From the NCBI RefSeq assembly GCF_009914755.1, contig NC_060934.1: a stretch of DNA of 64,000 nucleotides. The stretch is one strand, 5' to 3'. The notes under the pieces were generated by a model. The model was not told the DNA's origin, did not search any database, and worked only from the letters and a program-made list of their open reading frames with translations. Position 1 is the first letter of the stretch. The number at the start of each line of letters is the position of its first letter. Both the position numbers and the translations under genes were made by a program. This DNA is from the human T2T-CHM13v2.0 reference genome, Homo sapiens. Positions 24,401 to 38,500 of this stretch are shown one piece after another.

Positions 24401-26585
24401 TGTGATGTGTGCGTTCAACTCACAGAGTTTAACCTTTCTTTTCATAGAGCAGTTTGGAAACACTCTGTTTGTAAAGCCTGCAAGTGTTCTTTGGACTTCA
24501 TTGAGGCCTTCGTTGGAAACGGGATTTCTTCTTACAACGCTAGACAGAAGAATTCTCAGTAACTTCTTTGTGTTGTGTGTATTCAACTCACAGAGTTGAA
24601 CCTTTCTTTAGAGAGAACAGAGTTGAAACACTCTGTTTTTGGAATTTGCAAGTGCAGATTTCAAGCGATTCTAGGCCTATGGCAGAAAAGGAAATATCTT
24701 CGTATAAAAACTACACAGAATCATTCTCAACAACTACTTTGTGATGTGTGCGTTCAACTCACAGAGTTTAACCTTTCTTTTCATAGAGCAGTTTGGAAAC
24801 ACTCTGTTTGTAAAGCCTGCAAGTGCTTATTTGGACTTCATTGAGGCCTTCGTTGGAAACGGGATTTCTTCATATAATGCTAGACAGAAGAATTCTCAGT
24901 CACTTCTTTGTGTTGTGTGTATTCAAGTAACAGAGTTGAACCTTCCTTTAGACAGAGCAGTTTTGAAAAATTCTTTCTGTGGAATTTGCAAGTGGAGATT
25001 TCAAGCGATTTGAGGCTAATCTTTGAAATGGAAATATCTTCGTGTAAAAACTACACAGAATCATTCTCAGAAACTGCTTTGTCATCTGTGCGTTCAGTTC
25101 ACAGAGTTTCACCTTTCTCTTCATAGAGCAGTTTGGAAAGACTCTGTCTGTAAAGTCTGCAAGTGATTAGTTAGACCCCTTTGCGGCCTTCGTTGGAAGC
25201 GGGATTTCTCATTTACTGCTAGACAGAAGAATTCTCAGTAAATCCTTTGTGTTGTGTGTATTCAACTCACAGAGTGGAACCTTCCTTTATTCAGAGCAGT
25301 TTTGAAACACTCTTTTTGTGGAATTTGCAAGTGGAGATTTCAAGCGATTTGACGCCAATCTTAGACATGGAAATATCTTCATATTAAAAGTACACAGAGT
25401 CATTCGTAGAAACTAGTTTGTGATGTGTGCCTTCAACTCACAGAGTTTAACCTTTCTTTTCATAGAGCAGTTGGGAAACACTCTATTTGTAAAGTCTGCA
25501 AGTGGATATTTGGACCTCTTTGAGGCCTTCGTTGGAAACGGGATTTCTTCATATAACGCTAGACAGAAGAATTCTCAGTAACTTCTTTGTGTTGTGTGTA
25601 TTCAACTCACAGAGTTGAACCTTTCTTTAGAGGGAGCAGAGGTGAAACACTCTTTTTGTGGAATTTGCTAGTGTAGATTTCAAACGCTTCGAAGACAGTG
25701 ATAGAAAAGGATATATCTTCGTATTAAAAGTAGACAAAATCATTCTCAGAAAACTCTTTGTGATGTGAGTGTTCAACTCACAGAGTTTAACCTTTCTTTA
25801 ATCGAGCAGTTTGGAAATACACTCTTTGTAAGTCTGCAGGTGGATATTTGGCCCTCTTTGAGCCCTTCGTTGGAAACGGGATTTCCTCATATAATGCTAG
25901 ACAGAAGAATTCTCAGTAACTTCTTTGTGTTGTTTGTATTCAACACACAGATTTGAACCTTCCCTTAGAGAGAGCAGTTTGAAACACTCTGTTTTTGGAA
26001 TTTGCAAGTGCAGATTTCAAGCGCTTCTAGGCCTATGGCAGAAAAGGAAATATCTTCGTATAAAAACTACACAGAATCATTCTCAACAACTACTTTGTGA
26101 TGTGTGCGTTCAACTCACAGAGGTTAACCTTTCTTTTCATAGAGCAGTTTGGAAACACTCTGTTTGTAAAGCCTGCAAGTGCTTTTTTGGACTTCATTGA
26201 GGCCTTCGTTGGAAACGGGATTTCTTCATACAACGCTAGACAGAAGAATTCTCAGTAACTTCTTTGTGTTGTGTGTATTCAACTCACAGAGTTGAACCTT
26301 TGTTTAGAGAGAACAGAGTTGAAACACTCTGTTGTTGGAATTTGCAAGTGCAGATTTCAAGCGATTCTAGGCCTATGGCAGAAAAGGAAATATCTTCGTA
26401 TAAAAACTACACAGAATCATTCTCAACAACTTCTTTGTGATGTGGGCGTTCAACTCACAGAGTTTAACCTTTCTTTTCATAGAGCAGTTTGGAAACACTC
26501 TGTTTGTAAAGCCTGCAAGTGCTTTTTTGGACTTCATTGAGTCCTTCGTTGGAAACGGGATTTCTTCATATAATGCTAGACAGAA
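21497..26585 (+). repeat. Three tandem 10-mer variants A-B-C-D-D' (~1696 bp)
   Basis: A at 21497, 23194, 24890, 26586; D' directly after D at 22854, 24550, 26246, each with the GAGAACAGAG variant. Confidence 0.88.
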
Positions 26586-29500
26586 GAATTCTCAGTCACT
26601 TCTTTGTGTTGTGTGTATTCAAGTCACAGAGTTGAACCTTCCTTAGGCAGAGCAGTTTTGAAAAATTCTTTCTGTGGAATTTGCAAGTGGAGATTTCAAG
26701 CGATTTGAGGCTAATCTTTGAAATGGAAATATCTTCGTGTAAAAACTACACAGAATCATTCTCAGAAACTGCTTTGTCATCTGTGCGTTCAGTTCACAGA
26801 GTTTCACCTTTCTCTTCATAGAGCAGTTTGGAAAGACTCTGTCTGTAAAGTCTGCAAGTGATTAGTTAGACCCCTTTGAGGCCTTCGTTGGAAGCGGGAT
26901 TTCTCATTTACTGCTAGACAGAAGAATTCTCAGTAAATCCTTTGTGTTGTGTGTATTCAACTCACAGAGTGGAACCTTCCTTTATTCAGAGCAGTTTTGA
27001 AACACTCTTTTTGTGGAATTTGCAAGTGGAGATTTCAAGCGATTTGACGCCAATCTTAGACATGGAAATATCTTCATATTAAAAGTACACAGAATCATTC
27101 GTAGAAACTAGTTTGTGATGTGTGCCTTCAACTCACAGAGTTTAACCTTTCTTTTCATAGAGCAGTTGGGAAACATTCTATTTGTAAAGTCTGCAAGTGG
27201 ATATTTGGACCTCTTTGAGGCCTTCGTTGGAAACGGGATTTCTTCATATAACGCTAGACAGAAGAATTCTCAGTAACTTCTTTGTGTTGTGTGTATTCAA
27301 CTCACAGAGTTGAACCTTTCTTTAGAGAGAGCAGAGTTGAAACACTCTTTTTGTGGAATTTGCTAGTGCAGATTTCAAACGCTTCGAAGACAGTGATAGA
27401 ATAGGATATATCTTCGTATTAAAACTAGACAAAATCATTCTCAGAAAACTCTTTGTGATGTGTGTGTTCAACTCACAGAGTTTAACCTTTCTTTAATCGA
27501 GCAGTTTGGAAATACACTCTTTGTAAGTCTGCAGGTGGATAATTGGCCCTCTTTGAGCCCTTCATTGGAAACGGGATTTCCTCATATAATGCTAGACAGA
27601 AGAATTCTCAGTAACTTCTTTGTGTTGTTTGTATTCAACTCACAGATTTGAACCTTCCTTTAGAGAGAGCAGATTTGAAACACTCTGTTTTTGGAATTTG
27701 CAAGTGCAGATTTCAAGCGCTTCTAGGCCTATGGCAGAAAAGGAAATATCTTCGTATAAAAACTACACAGAATCATTCTCAACAACTACTTTGTGATGTG
27801 TGCGTTAAACTCACAGAGTTTAACCTTTCTTTTCATAGAGCAGTTTGGAAAAACTCTGTTTGTAAAGCCTGCAAGTGCTTTTTTGGACTTCATTGAGGCC
27901 TTCGTTGGAAACTGGATTTCTTCATATAATGCTAGACAGAAGAATTCTCAGTCACTTCTTTGTGTTGTGTGTATTCAAGTCACAGAGTTGAACCTTCTTT
28001 TAGACAGAGCAGTTTTGAAAAATTCTTTCTGTGGAATTTGCAAGTGGAGATTTCCAGCGATTTGAGGCTAATCTTTGAAATGGAAATATCTTCGTGTAAA
28101 AACTACACAGAATCATTCTCAGAAACTGCTTTGTTATCTGTGCGTTCAGTTCACAGAGTTTAACCTTTCTCTTCATAGAGCAGATTGGAAAGACTCTGTC
28201 TGTAAAGTCCGCAAGTGATTAGTTAGACCCCTTTGAGGCCTTCGTTGGAAGCGGGATTTCCCATTTACTGCTAGACAGAAGAATTCTCAGTAAATCCTTT
28301 GTGTTGTGTGTATTCAACTCACAGAGTGGAACCTTCCTTTATTCAGAGCACTTTTGAAAAACACTTTTTGTGGAATTTGCAAGTGGAGATTTCAAGCGAT
28401 TTGAAGCCAATCTTAGACATGGAAATATCTTCATATTAAAAGTACACAGAGTCATTCGTAAAAACTAGTTTCTGATGTGTGCCTTCAACTCACAGAGTTT
28501 AACCTTTCTTTTCATAGAGCGGTTGGGAAACACTCTATTTGTAAAGTCTGCAAGTGGATATTTGGACCTCTTTGAGGCCTTCGTTGGAAACGGGATTTCT
28601 TCATACAACGCTAGACAGAAGAATTCTCAGTAACTTCTTTGTGTTGTGTGTATTCAACTCACAGAGTTGAACCTTTCTTGAGAGAGAACAGAGTTGAAAC
28701 ACTCTGTTTTTGGAATTTGCAAGTGCAGATTTCAAGCGATTCTAGGCCTATGGCAGAAAAGGAAATATCTTCGTATAAAAACTACACAGAATCATTCTCA
28801 ACAACTACTTTGTGATGTGTGCGTTCAACTCACAGAGTTTAGCCTTTCTTTTCATAGAGCAGTTTGGAAACACTCTGTTTGTAAAGCCTGCAAGTGCTTT
28901 TTTGGACTTCATTGAGGCCTTCGTTGGAAACGGGATTTCTTCATATAATGCTAGACAGAAGAATTCTCAGTCACTTCTTTGTGTTGTGTGTATTCAAGTC
29001 ACAGAGTTGAACCTTCCTTTAGACAGAGCAGTTTTGAAAAATTCTTTCTGTGGAATTTGCAAGTGGAGATTTCAAGCGATTTGAGGCTAATCTTTGAAAT
29101 GGAAATATCTTCGTGTAAAAACTACACAGAATCATTCTCAGAAACTGCTTTGTCATCTGTGCGTTCAGTTCACAGAGTTTCACCTTTCTCTTCATAGAGC
29201 AGTTTGGAAAGACTCTGTCTGTAAAGTCTGCAAGTGATTAGTTAGACCCCTTTGAGGCCTTCGTTGGAAGCGGGATTTCTCATTTACTGCTAGACAGAAG
29301 AATTCTCAGTAAATCCTTTGTGTTGTGTGTATTCAACTCACAGAGTGGAACCTTCCTTTATTCAGAGCAGTTTTGAAACACTCTTTTTGTGGAATTTGCA
29401 AGTGGAGATTTCAAGCGATTTGACGCCAATCTTAGACATGGAAATATCTTCATATTAAAAGTACACAGAGTCATTCGTAGAAACTAGTTTGTGATGTGTG

Positions 29501-32500
29501 CCTTGAACTCACAGAGTTTAACCTTTCTTTTCATAGAGCAGTTGGGAAACACTCTATTTGTAAAGTCTGCAAGTGGATATTTGGACCTCTTTGAGGCCTT
29601 CGTTGGAAACGGGATTTCTTCATATAACGCTAGACAGAAGAATTCTCAGTAACTTCTTTGTGTTGTGTGTATTCAACTCACAGAGTTGAACCTTTCTTTA
29701 GAGGGAGCAGAGGTGAAACAGTCTTTTTGTGGAATTTGCTAGTGTAGATTTCAAACGCTTCGACGACAGTGATAGAAAAGGATATATCTTCGTATTAAAA
29801 GTAGACAAAATCATTCTCAGAAAACTCTTTGTGATGTGTGTGTTCAACTCACAGAGTTTAACCTTTCTTTAATCGAGCAGTTTGGAAATACACTCTTTGT
29901 AAGTCTGCAGGTGGATATTTGGTCCTCTTTGAGCCCTTCTTTGGAAACGGGATTTCCTCTTATAATGCTAGACAGAAGAATTCTCAGTAACTTCTCTGTG
30001 TTGTTTGTATTCAACACACAGATTTGAACCTTCCTTTAGAGAGAGCAGATTTGAAACACTCTGTTTTTGGAATTTGCAAGTGCAGATTTCAAGCGCTTCT
30101 AGGCCTATGGCAGAAAAGGAAATATCTTCGTATAAAAACTACACAGAATCATTCTCAACAACTTCTTTGTGATGTGTGCGTTCAACTCACAGAGTTTAAC
30201 CTTTCTTTTCATAGAGCAGTTTGGAAACACTCTGTTTGTAAAGCCTGCAAGTGCTTTTTTGGACTTCATTGTGGCCTTCGTTGGAAACAGGATTTCTTCA
30301 TATAATGCTAGACAGAAGAATTCTCAGTCACTTCTTTGTGTTGTGTGTATTCAAGTCACAGAGTTGAACCTTCCTTTAGACAGAGCAGTTTTGAAAAATT
30401 CTTTCTGTGGAGTTTGCAAGTGGAGATTTCAAGCGATTTGAGGCTAATATTTGAAATGGAAATAACTTCGTGTAAAAACTACACAGAAGCATTCTCAGAA
30501 ACTGCTTTGTCATCTGTGCGTTCAGTTCACAGAGTTTCACCTTTCTCTTCATAGAGCAGTTTGGAAAGACTCTGTCTGTAAAGTCTGCAAGTGATCAGTT
30601 AGACCCCTTTGACGCCTTCGTTGGAAGCGGGATTTCTCATTTACTGCTAGACAGAAGAATTCTCAGTAAATCCTTTGTGTTGTGTGTATTCAACTCACAG
30701 AGTGGAACCTTCCTTTATTCAGAGCAGTTTTGAAAAACACTTTTTGTGGAATTTGCAAGTGGAGATTTCAAGCGATTTGACGCCAATCTTAGACATGGAA
30801 ATATCTTCATATTAAAAGTACACAGAGTCATTCGTAGAAACTAGTTTGTGATGTGTGCCTTCAACTCACAGAGTTTAACCTTTCTTTTCATAGAGCAGTT
30901 TGGAAACACTCTATTTGTATAGTCTGCAAGTGGATATTTGGACCTCTTTGAGGCCTTCGTTGGAAACGGGATTTCTTCATACAACGCTAGACAGAAGAAT
31001 TCTCAGTAACTTCTTTGTGTTGTGTGTATTCAACTCACAGAGTTGAACCTTTCTTTAGAGAGAGCAGATTTGAAACATTCTGTTTTTGGAATTTGCAAGT
31101 GCAGATTTCAAGCGCTTCTAGGCCTATGGCAGAAAAGGAAATATCTTCGTATAAAAACTACACAGAATCGTTCTCAACAACTACTTTGTGATGTGTGCGT
31201 TCAACTTACAGAGTTTAACCTTTCTTTTCATAGAGCAGTTTGGAAACACTCTGTTTGTAAAGCCTGCAAGTGTTTTTTGGACTTCATTGAGGCCTTCGTT
31301 GGAAACGGGATTTCTTCTTACAACGCTAGACAGAAGAATTCTCAGTAACTTCTTTGTGTTGTGTGTATTCAACTCACAGAGTTGAACCTTTCTTTAGAGA
31401 GAACAGAGTTGAAACACTCTGTTTTTGGAATTTGCAAGTGCAGATTTCAAGCGATTCTAGGCCTATGGCAGAAAAGGAAATATCTTCGTATAAAAACTAC
31501 ACAGAATCATTCTCAACAACTACTTTGTGATGTGTGCGTTCAACTCACAGAGTTTAACCTTTCTTTTCATAGAGCAGTTTGGAAACACTCTGTTTGTAAA
31601 GCCTGCAAGTGCTTATTTGGACTTCATTGAGGCCTTCGTTGGAAACGGGATTTCTTCATATAATGCTAGACAGAAGAATTCTCAGTCACTTCTTTGTGTT
31701 GTGTGTATTCAAGTAACAGAGTTGAACCTTCCTTTAGACAGAGCAGTTTTGAAAAATTCTTTCTGTGGAATTTGCAAGTGGAGATTTCAAGCGATTTGAG
31801 GCTAATCTTTGAAATGGAAATATCTTCGTGTAAAAACTGCACAGAATCATTCTCAGAAACTGCTTTGTCATCTGTGCGTTCAGTTCACAGAGTTTCACCT
31901 TTCTCTTCATAGAGCAGTTTGGAAAGACTCTGTCTGTAAAGTCTGCAAGTGATTAGTTAGACCCCTTTGCGGCCTTCGTTGGAAGTGGGATTTCTCATTT
32001 ACTGCTAGACAGAAGAATTCTCAGTAAATCCTTTGTGTTGTGTGTATTCAACTCACAGAGTGGAACCTTCCTTTATTCAGAGCAGTTTTGAAACACTCTT
32101 TTTGTGGAATTTGCAAGTGGAGATTTCAAGCGATTTGACGCCAATCTTAGACATGGAAATATCTTCATATTAAAAGTACACAGAGTCATTCGTAGAAACT
32201 AGTTTGTGATGTGTGCCTTCAACTCACAGAGTTTAACCTTTCTTTTCATAGAGGAGTTTGGAAACACTCTATTTGTAAAGTCTGCAAGTGGATATTTGGA
32301 CCTCTTTGAGGCCTTCGTTGGAAACGGGATTTCTTCATACAACGCTAGACAGAAGAATTCTCAGTAACTTCTTTGTGTTGTGTGTATTCAACTCACAGAG
32401 TTGAACCTTTCTTTAGAGAGAGCAGAGTTGAAACACTCTGTTTTTGGAATTTGCAAGTGCAGATTTCAAGCGCTTCTAGGCCTATGTCAGAAAAGGAAAT

Positions 32501-35500
32501 ATCTTCGTATAAAAACTACACAGAATCATTCTCAACAACTACTTTGTGATGTGTGCGTTCAACTCACAGAGTTTAACCTTTCTTTTCATAGAGCAGTTTG
32601 GAAACACTCTGTTTGTAAAGCCTGCAAGTGCTTTTTTGGACTTCATTGAGGCCTTCGTTGGAAACGGGATTTCTTCATATAATGCTAGACAGAAGAATTC
32701 TCAGTCACTTCTTTGTGTTGTGTGTATTCAAGTCACAGAGTTGAACCTTCCTTTAGACAGAGCAGTTTTGAAAAATTCTTTCTGTGTAATTTGCAAGTGG
32801 AGATTTCAAGCGATTTGAGGCTAATCTTTGAAATGGAAATATCTTCGTGTAAAAACTACACAGAATCATTCTCAGAAACTGCTTTGTCATCTGTGCGTTC
32901 AGTTCACAGAGTTTCACCTTTCTCTTCATAGAGCAGTTTGGAAAGACTCTGTCTGTAAAGTCTGCAAGTGATTAGTTAGAACCCTTTGAGGCCTTCGTTG
33001 GAAGCGGGATTTCTCATTTACTGCTAGACAGAAGAATTCTCAGTAAATCCTTTGTGTTGTGTGTATTCAACTCACAGAGTGGAACCTTCCTTTATTCAGA
33101 GCAGTTTTGATACACTCTTTTTGTGGAATTTGCAAGTGGAGATTTCAAGCGATTTGACGCCAATCTTAGACATGGAAATATCTTCATATTAAAAGTACAC
33201 AGAGTCATTCGTAGAAACTAGTTTGTGATGTGTGCCTTCAACTCACAGAGTTTAACCTTTCTTTTCATAGAGCAGTTGGGAAACACTCTATTTGTAAAGT
33301 CTGCAAGTGGATATTTGGACCTCTTTGAGGCCTTCGTTGGAAACGGGATTTCTTCATATAACGCTAGACAGAAGAATTCTCAGTAACTTCTTTGTGTTGT
33401 GTGTATTCAACTCACAGAGTTGAACCTTTCTTTAGAGGGAGCAGAGGTGAAACACTCTTTTTGTGGAATTTGCTAGTGTAGATTTCAAACGCTTCGAAGA
33501 CAGTGATAGAAAAGGATATATCTTCGTATTAAAAGTAGACAAAATCATTCTCAGAAAACTCTTTGTGATGTGTGTGTTCAACTCACAGAGTTTAACCTTT
33601 CTTTAATCGAGCAGTTTGGAAATACACTCTTTGTAAGTCTGCAGGTGGATATTTGGCCCTCTTTGAGCCCTTCGTTGGAAACGGGATTTCCTCATATAAT
33701 GCTAGACAGAAGAATTCTCAGTAACTTCTTTGTGTTGTTTGTATTCAACACACAGATTTGAACCTTCCTTTAGAGAGAGTAGATTTGAAACACTCTGTTT
33801 TTGGAATTTGCAAGTGCAGATTTCAAGCGCTTCTAGGCCTATGGCAGAAAAGGAAATATCTTCGTATAAAAACTACACAGAATCATTCTCAACAACTACT
33901 TTGTGATGTGTGCGTTCAACTCACAGAGTTTAACCTTTCTTTTCATAGAGCAGTTTGGAAACACTCTGTTTGTAAAGCCTGCAAGTGTTTTTTGGACTTC
34001 ATTGAGGCCTTCGTTGGAAACGGGATTTCTTCTTACAACGTTAGACAGAAGAATTCTCAGTAACTTCTTTGTGTTGTGTGTATTCAACTCACAGAGTTGA
34101 ACCTTTCTTTAGAGAGAGCAGAGTTGAAACACTCTGTTTTTGGAATTTGCAACTGCAGATTTCAAGCGATTCTAGGCCTATGGCAGAAAAGGAAATATCT
34201 TCGTATAAAAACTACACAGAATCATTCTCAACAACTACTTTGTGATGTGTGCGTTCAACTCACAGAGTTTAACCTTTCTTTTCATAGAGCAGTTTGGAAA
34301 CACTCTGTTTGTAAAGCCTGCAAGTGCTTTTTTGGACTTCATTGAGGCCTTCGTTTGAAACGGGATTTCTTCATATAATGCTAGACAGAAGAATTCTCAG
34401 TCACTTCTTTGTGTTGTGTGTATTCAAGTCACAGAGTTGAACCTTCCTTTAGACAGAGCAGTTTTGAAAAATTCTTTCTGTGTAATTTGCAAGTGGAGAT
34501 TTCAAGCGATTTGAGGCTAATCTTTGAAATGGAAATATCTTCGTGTAAAAACTACACAGAATCATTCTCAGAAACTGCTTTGTCATCTGTGCGTTCAGTT
34601 CACAGAGTTTCACCTTTCTCTTCATAGAGCAGTTTGGAAAGACTCTGTCTGTAAAGTCTGCAAGTGATTAGTTAGACCCCTTTGCGGCCTTCGTTGGAAG
34701 CGGGATTTCTCATTTACTGCTAGACAGAAGAATTCTCAGTAAATCCTTTGTGTTGTGTGTATTCAACTCACAGAGTGGAACCTTCCTTTATTCAGAGCAG
34801 TTTTGAAACACTCTTTTTGTGGAATTTGCAAGTGGAGATTTCAAGCGATTTGACGCCAATCTTAGACATGGAAATATCTTCATATTAAAAGTACACAGAG
34901 TCATTCGTAGAAACTAGTTTGTGATGTGTGCCTTCAACTCACAGAGTTTAACCTTTCTTTTCATAGAGCAGTTGGGAAACACTCTATTTGTAAAGTCTGC
35001 AAGTGGATATTTGGACCTCTTTGAGGCCTTCGTTGGAAACGGGATTTCTTCATATAACGCTAGACAGAAGAATTCTCAGTAACTTCTTTGTGTTGTGTGT
35101 ATTCAACTGACAGAGTTGAACCTTTCTTTATAGGGAGCAGAGGTGAAACAGTCTTTTTGTGGAATTTGCTAGTGTAGATTTCAAACGCTTCGAAGTCAGT
35201 GATAGAAAAGGGTATATCTTCGTAGTAAAAGTCGACAAAATCATTCTCAGAAAACTCTTTGTGATGTGTGTGTTCAACTCACAGAGTTTAACCTTTCTTT
35301 AATCGAGCAGTTTGGAAATACACTCTTTGTAAGTCTGCAGGTGGATATTTGGTCCTCTTTGAGCCCTTCTTTGGAAACGGGATTTCCTCTTATAATGCTA
35401 GACAGTAGAATTCTCAGTAACTTCTCTGTGTTGTTTGTATTCAACACACAGATTTGAACCTTCCTTTAGAGAGAGCAGATTTGAAACACTCTGTTTTTGG

Positions 35501-38500
35501 AATTTGCAAGTGCAGATTTCAAGCGCTTCTAGGCCTATGGCAGAAAAGGAAATATCTTCGTATAAAAACTACACAGAATCATTCTCAACAACTACTTTGT
35601 GATGTGTGCGTTCAACTCACAGAGTTTAACCTTTCTTTTCATAGAGTAGTTTGGAAACACTCTGTTTGTAAAGCCTGCCAGTGCTTTATTGGACTTCATT
35701 GAGGCCTTCGTTGGAAACGGGATTTCTTCATATAATGCTAGACAGAAGAATTCTCAGTAAATCCTTTGTGTTGTGTTTATTCAACTCACAGAGTGGAACC
35801 TTCCTTTATTCAGAGCAGTTTTGAAACACTCTTTTTGTGGAATTTGCAAGTGGAGATTTCAAGCGATTTGACGCCAATCTTAGACATGGAAATATCTTCA
35901 TATTAAAAGTACACAGAATCATTCGTAGAAACTAGTTTGTGATGTGTGCCTTCAACTCACAGAGTTTAACCTTTCTTTTCATAGAGCAGTTCGGAAACAT
36001 TCTATTTGTAAAGTCTGCAAGTGGATATTTGGACCTCTTTGAGGCCTTCGTTGGAAAAGGGATTTCTTCATATAACGCTAGACAGAAGAATTCTCAGTAA
36101 CTTCTTTGTGTTGTGTGTATTCAACTCACAGAGTTGAACCTTTCTTGAGAGAGAGCAGAGTGGAAACACTCTTTTTGTGGAATTTGCTAGTGCAGATTTC
36201 AAACGCTTCGAAGACAGTGATAGAAAAGGATATATCTTCGTATTAAAACTAGACAAAATCATTCTCAGAAAACACTTTGTGATGTGTGTGTTCAACTCAC
36301 AGAGTTTAACCTTTCTTTAATCGAGCAGTTTGGAAATACACTCTTTGTAAGTCTGCAGGTGGATAATTGGCCCTCTTTGAGCCCTTCATTGGAAACGGGA
36401 TTTCCTCATATAATGCTAGACAGAAGAATTCTCAGTAACTTCTTTGTGTTGTTTGTATTCAACTCACAGATTTGAACCTTCCTTTAGAGAGAACAGATTT
36501 GAAACACTCTGTTTTTGGAATTTGCAAGTGCAGATTTCAAGCGCTTCTAGGCCTATGGCAGAAAAGGAAATATCTTCGTATAAAAACTACACAGAATCAT
36601 TCTCAACAACTACTTTGTGATGTGTGCGTTCAACTCACAGAGTTTAACCTTTCTTTTCATAGAGCAGTTTGGAAACACTCTGTTTGTAAAGCCTGCAAGT
36701 GCTTTTTTGGACTTCATTGAGGCCTTCGTTGGAAACGGGATTTCTTCATATAATGCTAGACAGAAGAATTCTCAGTCACTTCTTTGTGTTGTGTGTTTAT
36801 TCAAGTCACAGAGTTGAACCTTCTTTTAGACAGAGCAGTTTTGAAAAATTCTTTCTGTGGAATTTGCAAGTGGAGATTTCAAGCGATTTGAGGCTAATCT
36901 TTGAAATGGAAATATCTTCGTGTAAAAACTACACAGAATCATTCTCAGAAACTGCTTTGTCATCTGTGCGTTCAGTTCACAGAGTTTCACCTTTCTCTTC
37001 ATAGAGCAGTTTGGAAAGACTCTGTCTGTAAAGTCTGCAAGTGATTAGTTAGACCCCTTTGAGGCCTTCGTTGGAAGCGGGATTTCTCATTTACTGCTAG
37101 ACAGAAGAATTCTCAGTAAATCCTTTGTGTTGTGTGTATTCAACTCACAGAGTGGAACCTTCCTTTATTCAGAGCAGTTTTGAAAAACACTTTTTGTGCA
37201 ATTTGCAAGTGGAGATTTCAAGCGATTTGACGCCAATCTTAGACATGGAAATATCTTCATATTAAAAGTACACAGAGTCATTCGTAGAAACTAGTTTGTG
37301 ATGTGTGCCTTCAACTCACAGAGTTTAACCTTTCTTTTCATAGAGCAGTTTGGAAACACTCTATTTGTAAAGTCTGCAAGTGGATATTTGGACCTCTTTG
37401 AGGCCTTCGTTGGAAACGGGATTTCTTCATACAACGCTAGACAGAAGAATTCTCAGTAACTTCTTTGTGTTGTGTGTATTCAACTCACAGAGTTGAACCT
37501 TTCTTTAGAGAGAGCAGAGTTGAAACACTCTGTTTTTGGAATTTGCAAGTGCAGATTTCAAGCGATTCTAGGCCTATGGCAGAAAAGGAAATATCTTCGT
37601 ATAAAAACTACACAGAATCATTCTCAACAACTACTTTGTGATGTGTGCGTTCAACTCACAGAGTTTAACCTTTCTTTTCATAGAGCAGTTTGGAAACACT
37701 CTGTTTGTAAAGCCTGCAAGTGCTTTTTTGGACTTCATTGAGGCCTTCGTTGGAAACGGGATTTCTTCATATAATGCTAGACAGAAGAATTCTCAGTCAC
37801 TTCTTTGTGTTGTGGGTATTCAAGTCACAGAGTTGAACCTTCCTTTAGACAGAGCAGTTTTGAAAAATTTTTTCTGTGGAATTTGCAAGTGGAGATTTCA
37901 AGCGATTTGAGGCTAATCTTTGAAATGGAAATATCTTCGTGTAAAAACTACACAGAATCATTCTCAGAAACTGCTTTGTCATCTGTGCGTTCAGTTCACA
38001 GAGTTTCACCTTTCTCTTCATAGAGCAGTTTGGAAAGACTCTGTCTGTAAAGTCTGCAAGTGATTAGTTAGACCCCTTTGAGGCCTTCGTTGGAAGCGGG
38101 ATTTCTCATTTACTGCTAGACAGAAGAATTCTCAGTAAATCCTTTGTGTTGTGTGTATTCAACTCACAGAGTGGAACCTTCCTTTATTCAGAGCAGTTTT
38201 GAAACACTCTTTTTGTGCAATTTGCAAGTGGAGATTTCAAGCGATTTGACGCCAATCTTAGACATGGAAATATCTTCATATTAAGAGTACACAGAGTCAT
38301 TCGTAGAAACTAGTTTGTGATGTGTGCCTTCAACTCACAGAGTTTAACCTTTCTTTTCATAGAGCAGTTGGGAAACACTCTATTTGTAAAGTCTGCAAGT
38401 GGATATTTGGACCTCTTTGAGGCCTTCGTTGGAAACGGGATTTCTTCATATAACGCTAGACAGAAGAATTCTCAGTAACTTCTTTGTGTTGTGTGTATTC

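Noticed and set aside
24395-24586. Sporadic minus-strand ORFs (also 31181, 33896, 36068, 46252, 54399, 61388)
   Set aside because: They appear only where a point change or 1-bp deletion removes a stop; they mark repeat variants, not genes.
34349-34365. Variant box CTTCGTTTGAAACGGGA, and the AAGCGGG boxes of A dimers, as damaged CENP-B boxes
   Set aside because: The changes fall outside the nine core positions, so they were not counted as disrupted.
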